Source: the human T2T-CHM13v2.0 reference genome, Homo sapiens
Assembly: GCF_009914755.1 (NCBI RefSeq)
Contig: NC_060939.1
Reading direction: 5' to 3' (one strand)
DNA: 64,000 nt
Positions 21,279 to 36,550 of the stretch are shown here, piece after piece (positions within the stretch are counted from its first letter, which is position 1; each line of letters opens with the position of its first letter). The notes under the pieces were generated by a model. It saw only the letters and a list, made by a program, of their open reading frames with translations. It searched no databases and was not told the DNA's origin. Both the position numbers and the translations under genes were made by a program.

Positions 21279-21856
21279 TAAGCAGGATGTTCCAAAGTCC
21301 AGTGGTTATGACCAAACACCACACAGAGACAGAAGCCTCCCGCACAGCCCCAACTCCCAGCAGCCATGGTGTTCCAGGTCCTCCAAAGTCAGCTTCTCCT
21401 CCAGGAGGCCACTGAGCTCCCCAGCTGCGGGGCTGAGGCCACACAGCCCTGTGCGGTTCATCTGCCATCCGGGCCCTTCTTCCTCTTCTGAGCTTCACAG
21501 TTAGCCCAGGGAAGAAAACAGGCGTGTCTTCCACAAACCCTGAAGGGAATGGGAAGTGCCAACAGTGAGAAGGACTTAGATGTAAAGGATTTACACACGG
21601 TCACGGCATTTCCACAACCCTCTGGGCACCTGAGTACACGTGTGCAGACACACCCCCAGATGGGGGCGAGGGGTGGGGTGCCCCAGCTATTCACACCTAA
21701 CCATGAGCGTGTGAGGCAGCAACACTTAAAGGCCACTTGCTTTCCGCAGCATCTCGATGGAGCAGGAGCCTGCCTGGGGCATCTCCAGGCAGCTTGGCTG
21801 AGCACCCAGGACTGAGTGCAACCCTCAGCGTTTACATTTTTTAGTACTATTCACTA

Positions 21857-21915
21857 AGAGAGAGAGAGACAGAGAGACAGTGATAGAGACAGGGAAGGAC
21901 AGAGACAAAGAGAGC
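21857..21915. repeat. (GA)-rich simple repeat
   Basis: Read directly. Confidence 0.8.
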
Positions 21916-22093
21916 AATGGGTGAAGAAAGAGCAAGCAAGCAGGGATGTCGGACATTTCACACGACGCAGTCACCAGGGAGGCAAGAACACTTACAGAAC
22001 AGTTTGAGCCAAAGAGTCACTCAGGGACAGGAACAGCAATTTCTTAAATATTTAAAGCAGACACCCTGTGAGCGGCTGTGGAGGCGGCTCTTT

Positions 22094-22292
22094 GTTAATA
22101 TTTAACACGAGCTGGGCAGTTGCCGGGAAAACAGCTGTTTACAGGAGAGATTAACCAATATTCATCATTGCTCAAAGCTGTGGGGAGGCTTCAGGGGACA
22201 GGCAGCTGCCGGTATTTCTAGAATACAGCAGCTCAAGGCCACAGGGCTGGGGAGGCTCACGGTGTCCCCAGGGTGCATGAAAACTGTAAACA
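22094..22292. promoter_or_regulatory. Candidate enhancer: HNF1 site, two FOX sites and an E-box
   Basis: GTTAATATTTAAC 22094-22106; CAGCTG 22132-22137; TGTTTAC 22136-22142; GTAAACA 22286-22292. Confidence 0.4.
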
Positions 22293-23343
22293 GGCAGTTC
22301 GGGGTCACCTACCCTGCTCCAGAATCACGGTTTGCAGGAAACCCAGCCCTGCAGCTGGGCCTGGGTGGTGGCTGCTGGCCGGCCAGCCAGCACCTCGCTG
22401 GACAGCTGCGTCCCACAGTCCCAGGCTGGGCTGTCCTTCAGGCCCATCCACAGTCCCAGGCAGACTCCTCGTGCACTCCCTGCATGAAGTCGGGGGCAGG
22501 TGCTCGAAAGTAGAGGGGCTCCCACTGATGGAAAGTGTCACCAGCCTGCCTGCGAATCCCCCAGCTCACACTTGGGCTTGCAGGGACACCAGCCAGGCCG
22601 TCTTGCAGAGAAGACAAGCTGCCTATTTTCAGGGGCTGTGAGTCTTGTTCATGACAGTTTTCTCCTCTATGTGCCAAACATTCAAGAGCCTGGCCATTTT
22701 CACCCAGCCCCATAGCCTGGGTGAATCAGGCCTCACTCCCCTGTACTTCCTTCCAAACATTCTATCACTCCCAACACCCTCCACCCAGGCCTCATGGAAC
22801 TACACACAGATCACGCTTGGGCCCAACTGGATGCGGAATCCCAGCTCAGGACCAAGGAATGCTGCTGCTGTCTCCACAATGCCCTAGACCTGCAACCCTG
22901 GGCACTTCCTGGCATACCACTGCCCACTCTGCCCACACCACAGCTGACTGACTCCTAATGGCTCTTCAAACAGTTGTTTGCACACCTGACCATTTATTAT
23001 AAAGGAAGAAGCGCCGAACAGCACGTGCTGCTCTGAGGAATCTGTACAAGAATTGGGGCTCTGCGTATTAATCTTTGCTAAAATGAATTTAGTTTGGGTA
23101 TTTAGGTTTCACAGCATAAATATATTTTTCTCTACTCTGAGACCAATTGGCACAGGCTGTCTAAGGCATTAGAAGAACAGTCCTTAATCTTTCTGTGTTC
23201 ACAGCATAGTTCTGAATACTAGAAATCTAGAGGAATGCTTGAAGAGGTTTTTAAAAAATTAAACAACATTAAAGGAGTCAGCAATGATTTCCATCTCAGC
23301 AAAACAGGGGCCCTCAGGGTCCAGAAACATCCATGGCCATTGA

Positions 23344-23715
<372 letters not shown>

Positions 23716-25625
23716 TGAGAAGTGAACCGTCTTAGTGGGAGGCAAAACCCTGCTTCCCTCTACAGAAGCCTAAAAGGCCAAGAACGTGCACTCCCTGACA
23801 CCGGTGGGGGGAGCAGGGCTGTGCAGCCACATGCCCAGGAGGCACGGAGACTTCAGGGTCCGTCCCCCCATTCCCAGGTGGCAGAGCAGTGCCCCAGTGT
23901 CCTGGGTGCGAAGAGCAGTGGCTAGTGCATGCTCAGCACCAGCAGTGTCCTAGCCACATGTCTTGGGGCTATAGCTGTGGCCACTTGGCACCTCCAGGTT
24001 CCTGACCCTTCCCCACAGTGACTCAGCAGGGAGTTGTCTGTGAGCCACTTGATACCCTTTTACAATATTCCCTTTCTGATGATTAACCAGAAGCGCTTTG
24101 CAGGCGGGAAGCCTGGTGCGCACAGTCAGGGTCTGCCCTGTGCTGCTGCTTGAGGACTGTCTCCTGCCCTGACGGTGCTCTTCAAAGCTGCCGCGGGCCT
24201 GCTTGATGTAATGCTCACTTCTGACCTCTTTGCCCATGCAAGGCACACCCTGCCCTGCCGTCCCTCCCACCCCCTTCCTCCTTGGCATTCTGATGGACTC
24301 AGTGGTCCCCAAAATTGCACACATCAATTAAACCAGCAGCACACTCATGGAGGGCGGGTGGCGCCCGGGGTGCTGCTGTGTGCCAGCTGTCAATCACCGT
24401 GGGCTGGAATGTGGATTACAAGCCTGGAAGGGGTATCGCGCACTCAGGGTTTAGCCACAGTATACAAACGGCTTTTCCACCTTTCCTGTCCTGAAGGCCA
24501 CAGCAGGGCCTGCTCTGCTCCCTGCGGCAGTGGTCCTCATGCTTGGCCAGGTGACTAGGCATACTCGCAGTTACTGCAGGGCCACTGTGTCCCCGGCTGA
24601 GCCTCGTGCCACAGAGAATTGGTCAGAGAAGAAGGCGGCTTAGAGAGGGTCCGGTTGGCCTGCAAGCCTGAGCCCCTGCCCAGGTGGAGATTAAATCCTT
24701 GTTACCTGATGGTATTGACGCTTAAAATTAAAACTGAGTTCAGTTACTGAAAATAGAGAAAGGGCCACTTCTATGCTCCTGAGATCGGAAGTGAGGTTTA
24801 TCCCCCCGGGGATCTGAAGGATCATCCACTGGGCTTCCCTAAAGCGGTATTGTGTCATTTCTCCCGGCTAGGAGAGGTCTCCCCATTCTCAATTCCCGTC
24901 ACTTATTCTCACTCAACAGAACCTCTCAGAGCACCTACCGTGTGCATGAGCCCAGTGTCGATGGGCCACGGGCCAGCCAGCCTGGGACGCGTGTCCAGGG
25001 CAGCTGGGATTTGGACTCTACTCCACGAGGCCACACAGGGGAAGGGGAAGCCCAGACGGCTGTCAGGGCATTCTTGGGAGCCGGGGGTTTGGAAGGGCTG
25101 TTGGGCGTGCTGGGGCACCGGCTAGGCTGTGGGGTGGTGACTCTCCTGCAGCCTTGGGGGGCTACCCTGAGATCATCTGTCACCCCACTGCTTGCTGCTC
25201 ACTCCTGATCCCGCATTCTGGCTGTGGGCAGAGAGCACTGCCTGCCACATGCTGCGACCCGTGGCCCCTTCGCCAGTTTAATTTTCTTTTGTGCCCGTTC
25301 CCCCCTCAGCGTTCTAGTATTTTAATGTGTGTCCTTTTATTTGCTTGTGTCCCAGTATAAGACACACTATTCTATTTTGGTTTCTAAAATTATTTCTTTA
25401 CTAGATTGAACCTTTTTAATTTTATTTTTATTGTGGTAAAATATATGTAACATAAAATTTACCATTTTAAATATTTTCATATGTACAGTTCAGTGGCATT
25501 AAGTATATTCACACTGTTGTACAACCGTCACTGCTATCCACCTTCAGAGCTTTTTCATCTTCTCAGTCTGAAACTTTGTTGCCATTAAACACTAACTCCT
25601 CATCCCACCTCTGCTCAACCCCTGA

Positions 25626-26148
<523 letters not shown>

Positions 26149-27939
26149 TAATTTTGACAACTCCAGGCACCTCACATACGTGGAATCACAGAGTATTTGT
26201 CCTTTTGTGCCTGGCTTATTTCACTCAGCATAAGGTCCTCAAGGTCTGTCCCTGTTGTAGCACCTGTCAGAATCTCCTTCCTTTTCGAGGCTGAGTCATC
26301 TTCCCTTGCCTGCGTAGACCACGTTTTGCTTATCCACTTATTCCTTGTCACTCAGTACTGTTTGGTACTCTTGACCTACATAAGGACTATTTCACTCTTG
26401 GCCTCGATGGGTTTCTATGTTCACTCAGCACCAGAACCTCATAGTAGTTTCCTGCCTCTGTGCACATCTGGGCCGTTGCTTCTAATGGGGACCTGGCGTC
26501 CCGGGGGTCCTCTGCACCTGACTTCCCCTCTTACCCGTGGCACAGGCCCCCAGCCTGGGACGCTCCTGCCGCAAGCCTCAGTGTGCAGGTCTCGTTTATC
26601 ATTATCTGTGTTTCCGCATTTTATGTTTCCCACCCTTCTTGCTTCCATTTGGCTCTGTTACGGTTCCCTCTGTCTGCTTTCCATTATTAATACTGCCCCT
26701 TAGCTGAGAATACCTATGACACTTAGTATAGATTCCGATGGGTGACTGTGGCTCAGTGTGTTTTCTCCCTGGGAGAGAGAAGTGCCCCGGGGCCTGCATT
26801 TGCCTTGATCTTAGGTGCATGTCCTCCTGGGGACAGGTAATGGGGAAGGTGCTGAAGCTCAGGCCCGGGGTGTCTGTGGTCCCCATGAAGGGGGTTATGA
26901 GATGGGAGATGAGCCCTGAGACCATGAGGTTGCTTCTGTTGCCAGCACTTTCCCTAACTCACAGTTGTAGGTGGCCCTGAGAAGAGGTGGGTTTTTCAGG
27001 TTGCAGAGCCCACCAGCCCTGGGGAGCAGAGGGGGCAGCCAGGAGGGGTGCCCGAGGAAGGCTGATAGGAATGTACCCAGCCTCTACCCATGCACGCCTG
27101 GGACTGGACCCTCACCAACACAAGGCGGCTGGGCTGGGATTGCTGCTATCCCAGAGGAATGGAATAAAGTGGGGTGGACACAGGAGCAGGACTTCCAAGC
27201 TCTCCCCACCACTGCTCCCTGCCCTGGCCCTGGGGCTGCTCCCACCCACACCCCTCACGGGTCCCAGTGGCCTCAGGCTTCCCCGGGGCTCTGTGGTTTC
27301 ATGCTCCCTCTCCCCAAGGTGTCTCCAGGGTCGAGCCGGGCAGGGGTGCAGCCCATGCTCTCACTGAAGCCCGTGGCTCTTCCGGTACCTCCACGGAGTC
27401 TGACCCGATTTCAAGCCCTTGGTGGATGCTGACGGGACCCCTGTGGACTACCTGTATTTTCTCTTCATCCAAATGTTGGTGGAAGGAAGGAAAGAAGGAA
27501 GGAAGCAAGGACTCCCCATTGAGCCCACCTTTAGCACTCCTGGGAGGGCCTTCCCTACACTGGGCCTCTTCATCTCCTCATTCCCGGCTCTGTCCTCTTC
27601 TGAAAACTAATTTCCTCCATCAGTTCCCACCTACCTGGCCAGGCAAAGGACAGCTGGACCTGGGTAAAGTCCCCTAACATGAGTCTGCTTAAATGGAGAG
27701 CAAATTTCACAGTCAATAGTGAAAAAAAAACACAAAACACAGGGTTTGACTGGAACCTACGTAAAAAATGAAGCACGTTTGTGTAAATTATTTATATATT
27801 ATATATCAATATATTGTGAAAAATTGTATTTAAATAAATTACTTGATATGCAACCCTGAGCCAATTTTTAGAATGAAAGAGGAAAGGAAGCTATTATTAA
27901 TTAGTTTTTTTGGCATAATTGTATATGCGCTTACAAAAT

Positions 27940-28135
27940 TAATAGCAAATAGTTAACACCACTTACTGTGTGCCAGGCACCATGGATGTGTATCTACACT
28001 CATCTAATGCTCACAGCACTCACCGAGACAGATCCCATTTCTATCTCCATTTCACAGGTGACAAAGCTGAAGCACAGAGAGCTTCTGTGCATTACCAGGT
28101 CACGCAGCCAGTGTTAGGAGGGCTGGGGTCTGAAC
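27940..28135 (-). mobile_element. MIR
   Basis: CACTTACTGTGTGCCAGGCAC...CCATTTCACAGGTGACAAAGCTGAAGCACAGAGA core. Confidence 0.75.
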
Positions 28136-28539
28136 GCGTACCCCCCTGGGCTCTGCTGTGTCCTTTAAGTTTCTGACTTCGGCATCCGATCATGAATAGG
28201 GTCATCTCACAAAACCCTGAAGGCCTCGTGGCTTTTCCCCAGGCCCTCTCTGACGCTGTCTTGGAAGCTGCTCCCTTCGAAAGTGCGCACTGGGCCAGGC
28301 GTCATCTTTCTCACTTCTCTCCTCTTTGGCTGTAACTGACCTGCCTCCTGGACTTGCTTTTCGTGTGTGACCCCAGCAGCTCTGCCCACCCTGCGCTTTG
28401 CTTTTCAATGGATTCACCCAGGTTACACTGTGTTCTTCCATGCATGAGATCCAGGAGTCATCTACTGCAGATCAGCTCTGATGCTGAGTGACGGGCAGGG
28501 CGAGAGGCTGGAGATGCTGGAGCGGGACTGACTGTATAG

Positions 28540-30060
28540 GTCGTTTACTTCCTCACTGAGCCGGCTTTGTGTCCGCTCTGATCAGGGCCCCGGGGAGGTA
28601 GCAGTAGACAAGACAGCCACAGCCCCCCGTTTCCATGGAGAGGACATTCTGTTACCTTCGAACAGAGGGACACACACACACAGATAAGAAGGGAAACAAA
28701 GCAGGTAAAGAGTATAGGAAGTGCCCGGGGTGGGCTGAGGGGTTGCAATTTACATAGTTGGGCCAGAGAAGACATCTGCAAGATGGAGAAATCCGAGTAA
28801 ACATTGAAGAAACCCAGGAAGGGGGACCCCGAGGGAACAGCCAGGCCCTGGAGTCGGGGTGAGGGGAGGAAGAGCCGAAGCTGGGAGCAGAGGAGCCGAA
28901 GGCGAGGGCACTGGGGTGACAGGGCCGGATCTCGCAGCCTTGCCGCAGCCTCAACACTGGCTTTGTCTCGTATGGGACAGGGAGCTGGCGGAGGGTAGGG
29001 CCTTCAAACAGCAAAGGGACATGTGGCTTGTACGTGAAAGAGCCACCCTTTCCGCGTGTTGAGGCAAGACTGCAGGGGCACATGTGCATGCAGGGAGGTG
29101 AGGCCAGGCGCTTGCGATGTTCCAGGCGGGAGGTGGTGACCACAGGGCCCAGGGTGGTGGCAATCATGGGGGCAATAGTGGCCCCATGGAGGGCGCACTT
29201 CCGTGTCCTAAAGTAATGGTGTGGAAGGAGGGGAGTCAAGAAGACGCAAATGCATGGTGCGTGCGACGGAACTGCCATTCTCCGGGGTGGGCGAGACAAG
29301 GTGGAGCAGGGGCCAGAGACCCGAGAGGCCCAGGTGTGCAGGACAGGCCAGTGGGAAACGCGTGTAGGGTTGTTTGCACAGATGGTCTTTCAGGCCAGGA
29401 GAATTCTCGGCTCATGGGTAGAGGGAGTGTTGATTATATGGGAAGTGGCTCCCATGGAGTCCCCGGTGGTCAATGGGGAGAGGAGGAGGGAGAGACCAGC
29501 AGCCAGTGGAGCCCAAGGCAGGCAGAGACAAGGATGAGGACCAGACCGGTGCTGGGTGGGGCAGCCTGGGGGCGAGTGCTGGCCTTGCCAGAGCCGCTGG
29601 GAGGTGTGGGGGTGAAAGCCAGGCTGCTTTTTACAGAGAAAGGAAGAAGAGGACTTGGAGACAGCAGGATAGACAGCCTATCATGGAATTTTCCGGAAAG
29701 GGAAAGAGAGAGATAGGGCAGTAACTGGGGGGATTGGTAGGGAGTGACTCAAGGGAGGATTTCTTGTTTGATGTTTGTCTTTTAAGACATGAAAAGAGAG
29801 AAATAACCATGTGTTTCTAGCCGATGGCCGTGGCCCAGGGGAAGGTCAGGAGTTGCTGGGCCTGTGGAGGGGTGTCCTCCAGAAGCAGGATCTGGGGCCA
29901 GGAGGAGCCGCTGGTCTTGTGGGGCGGGGGGCGGGGGTGGACGGCGCAACCCAGACACAGAAGGAAGGGCAGAGCCTCGGGGCCCACAGGCAGCACTGGG
30001 GGTGTGGGGACTTCTCCCATGGCCTCTGCTTTCCCAGGGCAGAGAGGGGAAGGCTCATCA
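28540..30060 (-). mobile_element. L2 (GC-shifted)
   Basis: GTAGCAGTAGACAAGACAG...CCATGGAG..GACATTCT and downstream L2 3'-region motifs. Confidence 0.65.
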
Positions 30061-32234
30061 GCAGAGAGAGAGGAGGAGGCAGGAGGGGACACGGCCCGAA
30101 CCCCAAGCAGCTTGCTCACTCTGTGGGATGTGTTGCCACCGCCATGCTCTCTTTTCACAAGAAGGTGTCCCAGGTGGACCCTAGACCAGGCGTGGTGGGT
30201 GGAAGTCACCGGAGGGGCCTCACGGTGACCCTGGAGAAGGGATGGCCTGGAGTCCACAGCCTCCCCTGGCACTGGAAGGTCCCATGGAACAGCCTCCTGC
30301 TAGGTGGGCCCAAGGCCAGCCCAGAGCTGTGGGAGCAGCGTGGGGACAGACCCGGGGAAGGTGGCAGAGAAAGAACCCCAGTCGGGTGGTGGGTGGTCCC
30401 CAGCTCAGCGCTGTCCTGGGGCCAGTGATTCGGCCTCCGGGCCCCAGCTTCATTGTCTGGGTCTTCCTGGCAGGGCAGTGGCGAGGAGTTCTACGAGCTA
30501 ACGGGAGTGGAATGCCTGCCCTTTCTCATCTCCCTGACGTGAATCAGTTTCTCCAAGTTCTTCACCTAACAGAGCAGAAATGGTGACTCGCGGCCACACC
30601 CGGGGCTCTTAGTCTTGGAGGCCTGTCCCCGCCCCATCTGCTGCTGCCCACAGGGAACCCTCCTAGAGCCGTCACGGGGCATAAGGCCCAGGGGGCCTCG
30701 CGAGCTGATCTTTCCTGTGCGGAGCCAAGGATGCAGCAGAGGGTGTGCTCACGGCGAGGTGTCCCTCTCCGGAGGCAGCTCTTCAGGGTTTGGCAGAGGA
30801 GAGGAGCGCAGTGACCACCCAGCACTGCCCTAAGGTTTGCAGGCACCCGGGAGGGACAATGGCTCCATGGCGGGCGGAGGCCGAGAAGCACTTGGCAAGC
30901 TAGCTGGTCCCATCTCTGGATCCTAAGACATTCCCTTCTGCTGTTATTCCCAGCTGAGGAAGGCCGCCGGGATCAGTCGATCACTTGTGTTCCTAAAATG
31001 TGCTGCCTGCAGATGCCGTTCTGACAAATCTGCAGGGGCCACAGTGAAGCTCTGCAGGCTTGCCTTCTGCCTCTGGGGATGGCACTCTCATCCCATCCTG
31101 GAGTTACTGCCCGGGCTCCCCTCTCATGCTGGCCCCACCTGTGCCCCAAACACAGCACTCCTTACACGGCCCTCTCCCTTGCCATCTGATGGCTGGATGA
31201 TCAGGAGGGAGCTTCTGAGGGCTGCCTTTCCATGCCATTTAATGGGGAAGGAAGGGGCTTTCTCTCCACTTTTTCTTGCTTCCCATTTAGTGTGTTCTTT
31301 CCATTTACACAATGTGTTCTCCAATCTTGGATAGCTTCTGTTCTTATTTAAACTTTTTAAAAAGGGATTCATACTCAACATACAAATGAGGAATGCAGCT
31401 GAAACTGGGAGACGTGAGGAGAAGCTTTTTTTTTTCAAGTCAGTGCAAATATTTTTGGAATTTAATTTTCCTTAGAAAAAAATGCCTTGCAGACAGAGCG
31501 TCTGCATCCTGTGTTTGAGCACCAGTGGTCTCTGGTGTCTTTATTTGTAAACTCAACATGATGATATATGACCTCACAAACCCTGACTTCCCCCCTAGCA
31601 AAATTAGAACAGTGGCTCCTCTCTTCCTCCAGCCAGTACTTCCCCTCTCCTTCCCCCTCTCTTCCTCATGCCTCTACCCTTTCCTCCCTTTCATCTTCTT
31701 GTTTGGTTGTGGGCAAATATGATGACACCCTTATAGGAAAGACTTAGAACTAACAGACAAGGAAAGTCTATAAAGCAAGCCTGTGCCACTTAATTGCAAA
31801 GCACATTTCAGCCCAGGCATTCTGAAGGGACACAGACAGAGGAGAAATGCTATCCACTCAGAGAAAGCAGAGATACAGGAGAGCAGTATGAAAGGCAGGC
31901 CACCATGCCACCATGTATGTTCAGCCTCTGGGACATAGTCTTCTTACTGGACAGATGGTTAAAATGGTGGCAGATAAATAAATCTCCTTTCCAAGTCATT
32001 CAGGCCAACCCCAGGAGGATCAAGCCATATATATGCCTTGTGGAGGGACCATCTTCCCTTGTGACCAGTGCTGTCTGGCCAGCAGCTGTCCCCATTACTG
32101 TCCCCAGGAAACCCCAGGTTGGGGGTGAAGGCAGCCAACAGTTTTCACGAGGTGGGTTGTGGTGATAGGGCCCTTGGGCAGAGCCATGGTCTACCATCTT
32201 TTGATTTTCCCTCATGGATGTTGTAAAACCCTTA

Positions 32235-32576
32235 GAGTTCCAACCACAAGTTATTGGTTAAACGATGATATTTCCATACGTGTGTGAACCATACAGCTAT
32301 TCAAAGTGAGTACTGGCATGGTTAACCATTAATAATGCGTTTGGGAAAAACACAGGCTAGAAAACACATCTTTAGTGATAAAAGTCAGAGAGTGTGCAAG
32401 CGTGGGGAAAAGGGTGGGTATTGACCAGCAAGGGGCATAGGGAACCCTCCAGATGCCAGAAATGTTCTCTGTCTTGATGGGTGGGGGGATACAAAGGATT
32501 ATAGACTTATCAAATCATTGAGCTGTATACTCAAGATTTGAGCCCTGCATTGTGTGAATGTTATACCTCAATAAAA
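32235..32576 (+). mobile_element. L1ME-like 3' end
   Basis: AAATGTTCTCTGTCTTGAT...TTATACCTCAATAAAA. Confidence 0.7.
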
Positions 32577-32619
32577 GGGAAGCTGTAAGTGTAGCATGAA
32601 AATATTATGAAATTTTAAC

Positions 32620-33123
32620 ATGGCAGATTGTGTTTTCCAAAAATGGCCATAGCAGTATTTCTGGTCCTGAATGCATTTCCAGAACTCTGCCACTCTCTGT
32701 CCGAAGGCGGAGTGTCTCTTCCCTCCCCTTGAGCCTGGCAGGTCTCTGCAACTTTCAGCTAAAATGAGGTGGTAAAGGAGACGCCCATTACTCCTGAAGT
32801 TAGGTCAGAAAAGCTGCTTTTGCCTGGCTCTCTCTATCTCTTGGGACACTTGCCCTCGGAACCCAGCCACCATGTTGTGAGGAAGCCCTGGCCGCTTGAA
32901 GAGGCCAACAGCACCAACTGGCCACCAACACCCAGCACTGGCCTGAACGAGGCTTCAGATGATACTGACCCTCCTAGTGTCTCTGCTGAGACCCCAGACG
33001 TTACTGGGCAGAGAAGAACCATCCCCATTGCACACAACCAAGTTCCTCTCATAGGATAATAGATGGTGGTTTTATGCCACTCTGTTTTGGGGATAGTTTG
33101 TTACACAGCTATTGTAACTGGAA
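32620..33123 (+). mobile_element. MaLR LTR (MLT1G/H-like)
   Basis: CCAAAAATGGCCA...CCCTCCCCTTGAGCCTGG...TTTGTTACACAGC.ATTGTAACTGGAA. Confidence 0.75.
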
Positions 33124-34189
33124 GTGTGTGCACATGTACGTGCATGCTTATGCCCACACACAGGAAAATTTCTGAATATCTGGACAGAGGAATTGGAGTT
33201 GCTGTTCATTTGTTTTCGCCTATTCTCTAATGTTTCACCAATAAGCTGGTACTATTCATGTAATAAAAATAAAACTGAAACAACGTGAATAAACTTCTCA
33301 AATGGAAACAGGACCGCGGCGGGGATTCAAGCATACTGTGCCAGGTCAGCCTGTGCCCTGCTGCCCTCCAGGCGCTGGGACAAGTCCATGGAAGTGTTGA
33401 GAAGGACGGAGTGAGCTCTGGCCGAGAGGACGCTGCTGCAACCCTGCTTCCAGCTGGAGTGGCTTCTGCACCTGTGTTTGTTGAACAGCAAGCAGCCTTC
33501 GTGGAAGGGGTTCGGGTGCGTGTGTCTGTGTCTGCAGAGGTGGAAGGGGGCCCCTGGTAGGCCAATAATGCATTCCTGGCAAAACTTTTTCTCTCCAGAT
33601 TCCAAAAATCAAATTAATTAAGGGGTAGCCTCGAACGCTACCTCTAAGAACAGTATTAAAATATTCATATAAACGCCCACATCTTGAGTTTTAGGAATGC
33701 AAATCACCGGGTGATGATTCAAAGAGACTTCAACACAAAATACAGTGTGTTCCACATGCCCCTGGCCATGAAATAATAACAGTCAGGTCCAGGGCCTGCC
33801 TTGCAGTATGTGGAGAAGCAACGGGCCCTGGCCACTGATTCCTGAAGCCAGGGTGGTGTCTTGTACGGACACTTCATTATCCCTGTCCCTGCCTCCCACT
33901 TCCTAAAGCTCCCTCTAGCATCCCACCCTCTGCAGTGTTCAAAGGTCGAATAGCCGCTGAAAGCTTTTGAACCGAGGAAGCCTCTGCTTAGGATCCACAC
34001 TTTAGTAGGAACAGAGGAACCTGAAGCCTCCTTGTCTTTCCATCCTCCTTTGCCCTCCATCATTTACCCAGGTTGGAATTTCCAAACAACCTGAACCAAT
34101 CAAGGTGGGTTTGCTTCTTGACCTAAGCACTTGGTGTGAGGCAGGGAACCTGGGAGAATCACCATACTTTGGTTTCCAAGTACCTGGGT

Positions 34190-34328
34190 TCTTTTGTTTT
34201 TGTTTTTGTTTTGTAGAGATGAGGGTCTCACTATGTTGCCCAGGCTGGTCTTGAACTGTCCTCAAGTGATCCTCCTGCCTTGGCCCCCCCAAATGCTGGG
34301 ATTAGACATGAGCCACCATGCCTGGCCT
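34190..34328 (-). mobile_element. Alu left monomer (FLAM_C-like)
   Basis: Single left arm with a (TTTTG)n tail. Confidence 0.85.
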
Positions 34329-36550
34329 ATTTAAAAAGTGGGTGTCCACCCGGGGTTCCCCAGGTAGATTGCAGGCAATGATGTGGGGGTGCTGGGGACA
34401 GCCCATCAGCAAGTCCACCTCCAGCCAGATGCTAGGAGTGATGTTCACCAGGGGGCCCCAGAGGATAACAGTGCAGAGTGCCCAGGGTCATGGCTCTCCA
34501 ACTAGGAGGACGAGCGACGCCACAGAGGAGGTCTGGAGCCAGCCCCGGGGATCTGGTCTGGAGACAGGTGGCATCACATTCCATTTGCTGGGACTGGTCT
34601 GGGAGTGGAGCACAGGTCTCTGAGGTCCGTCAGGGATCAGGGATCCCACGGAGAAGCAGGGGAGCTGGAGCTCTCTGGAGGCCCAGCGCCAGTGCAGGGG
34701 CTGAGAATGCAGGTATGGGCAGCCAAAGTCTGGGGAGGTGCCACTCCCTGGGCAGGAACTAGAATGAACCCAAACTGGCCTGGGCTGCTGGGGGTGTGGG
34801 AGGTACGTGGAGGGGAGGAGGGTTCCAGGAACAGCTACAGGAGTCAGCTGAGGACACTTTTCCCCACGCCCACCATGCACCCTGCATACCACAGAAATCT
34901 GGTGCCTACAACAAGCAGAGCTCCCAGGGCAGCCCAGGGTCTCTGTGGACAGACAGGAAGAGATCCAGGCTACTCTTTGGGGGTGAGGAGGGCATGGCCC
35001 TTGGCACAGAGAGACCACCAGGACCCTGGGAGCCTGGAGGCTGGGAGCAGGGTTGGGGGTCTCTGAGATAAGACCATCCAGATGCTCCTGGCCCCTCCTG
35101 GAGGGGAGACCAGGTGAGATTTTCCATGGCAGTGCAGTCACCTGTGGGATTTGGTGTCCTCTCTGGTGGGCGTGGCCCAAGACCCCAAGGCTCCTGGTGG
35201 GGCTGGCGTCTCATTCCTGGAGCCTCTCCTCCCTGTGAGGCACAGATCAGGGTCTCGGGGAAGTCAGGATGGGCCTCCTGTCCCCTCTTCCACCTGACTC
35301 AGCACTGGGACTCTGATGAGGGGTTGAGGCCTGAGGAACTTCCCACGGTTGGGGACTCCCTGGGCTCAGTGAGCTCTGAGATGGTTTCTCCAGGGCGCGA
35401 GCATCCTAGCCTCACGTAATCCCCTCCTGAAAGCACCTCAGTTTCCCCTTTGATTGGGTCTATCTGGGTGGCAGAGGAGAGAGCCTGGCAGGGCACCAGG
35501 AGGCAGGGCCTGGCGCGGAGACAGTGGTGGTCCCTGCAAGTGCACCGAGGCCCCGAGACCGCAATCCTCTCCCAGCACTGCCTGTTGTCGTCAGCTTCAC
35601 CTGAATGGTTTATTGAAAGCTGTCTCTGCCATCTCTCCATGCCAGCCTTAGCTCAGGCACCACCTCCCCAGGGAGGCCCTATCTGGCCTCCCAGGTGCAG
35701 TCTCTTCCCCAGCACCCCAGTGTTCTGAAATCCCCTGGTCCACCTGTTTGCTCGTCCATCACCCATCTTCCCTCTTGGATGTCAGCTTGATGAAGATGAG
35801 GACTTGTGGGCCGGGGCCACCGCCTGCCTGTCCCAGCTCAGTGCCCACACAGCCTGGTAGGGCTCACACCATCTTTGTTGGAGGCAGTGAGCCAGTGGGT
35901 GACCCAGGCTCTGAGGTGGGTGCAGGTGATGTGGCAATGAATAAAACACAGCCACTGATGTCCTAAAGGGCTCAGGTGGGTGTGCCCATTACCCAGTTAC
36001 CTTCAACAGATGGCAGATCTGTGGGCGAGGAGTTTCTGGCTGGAGTTCTCAGGTACTAGGCAGGGGTGTGACGGGGTCGCACATGGACTCTGGGTAAGGT
36101 TTGGATGGACAGAATAAAGGAAAGAGCCCTTACTTTGGGATGTAGGGTGGAAATGGCACAGAGGCAGGAGAGCACGGGCCTTACCTGGGCCAGCGCAGGG
36201 TAGGCTGGGGCCCGCCCACCCAGGTTCCTCTAAGCCTCCAGGCCTCCAGAGCTGTTTTCTCTGCACCCTCAAGCTCCCTTCCATCCTACTCCTCCTCCCA
36301 GGCCCCCTCGCTGTCCTCCTGCCCCTCCTCCTGCCGGACACTAGGTCTTCACGGGAATCCCCAGGACCCACTTTCCCCAGAACTGGGGGAACCCTCGAAA
36401 AGCCCCCACAGCCCACACTCCTAGGTTTGTGAGGGGAGCTCAGCTCTGCAGCTGTCAGCCCCTGGGTCCCGGCCACGGTGTCTGTCCTCACACACAGCTG
36501 AGGGACTTCATTTTGCCCTTTCCCCGGCCCGAGGCTGAGGGACTTCCCCT

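Noticed and set aside
30580-30900. CpG island or promoter
   Set aside because: GC-rich with scattered CpGs but not dense or long enough by inspection; no downstream gene
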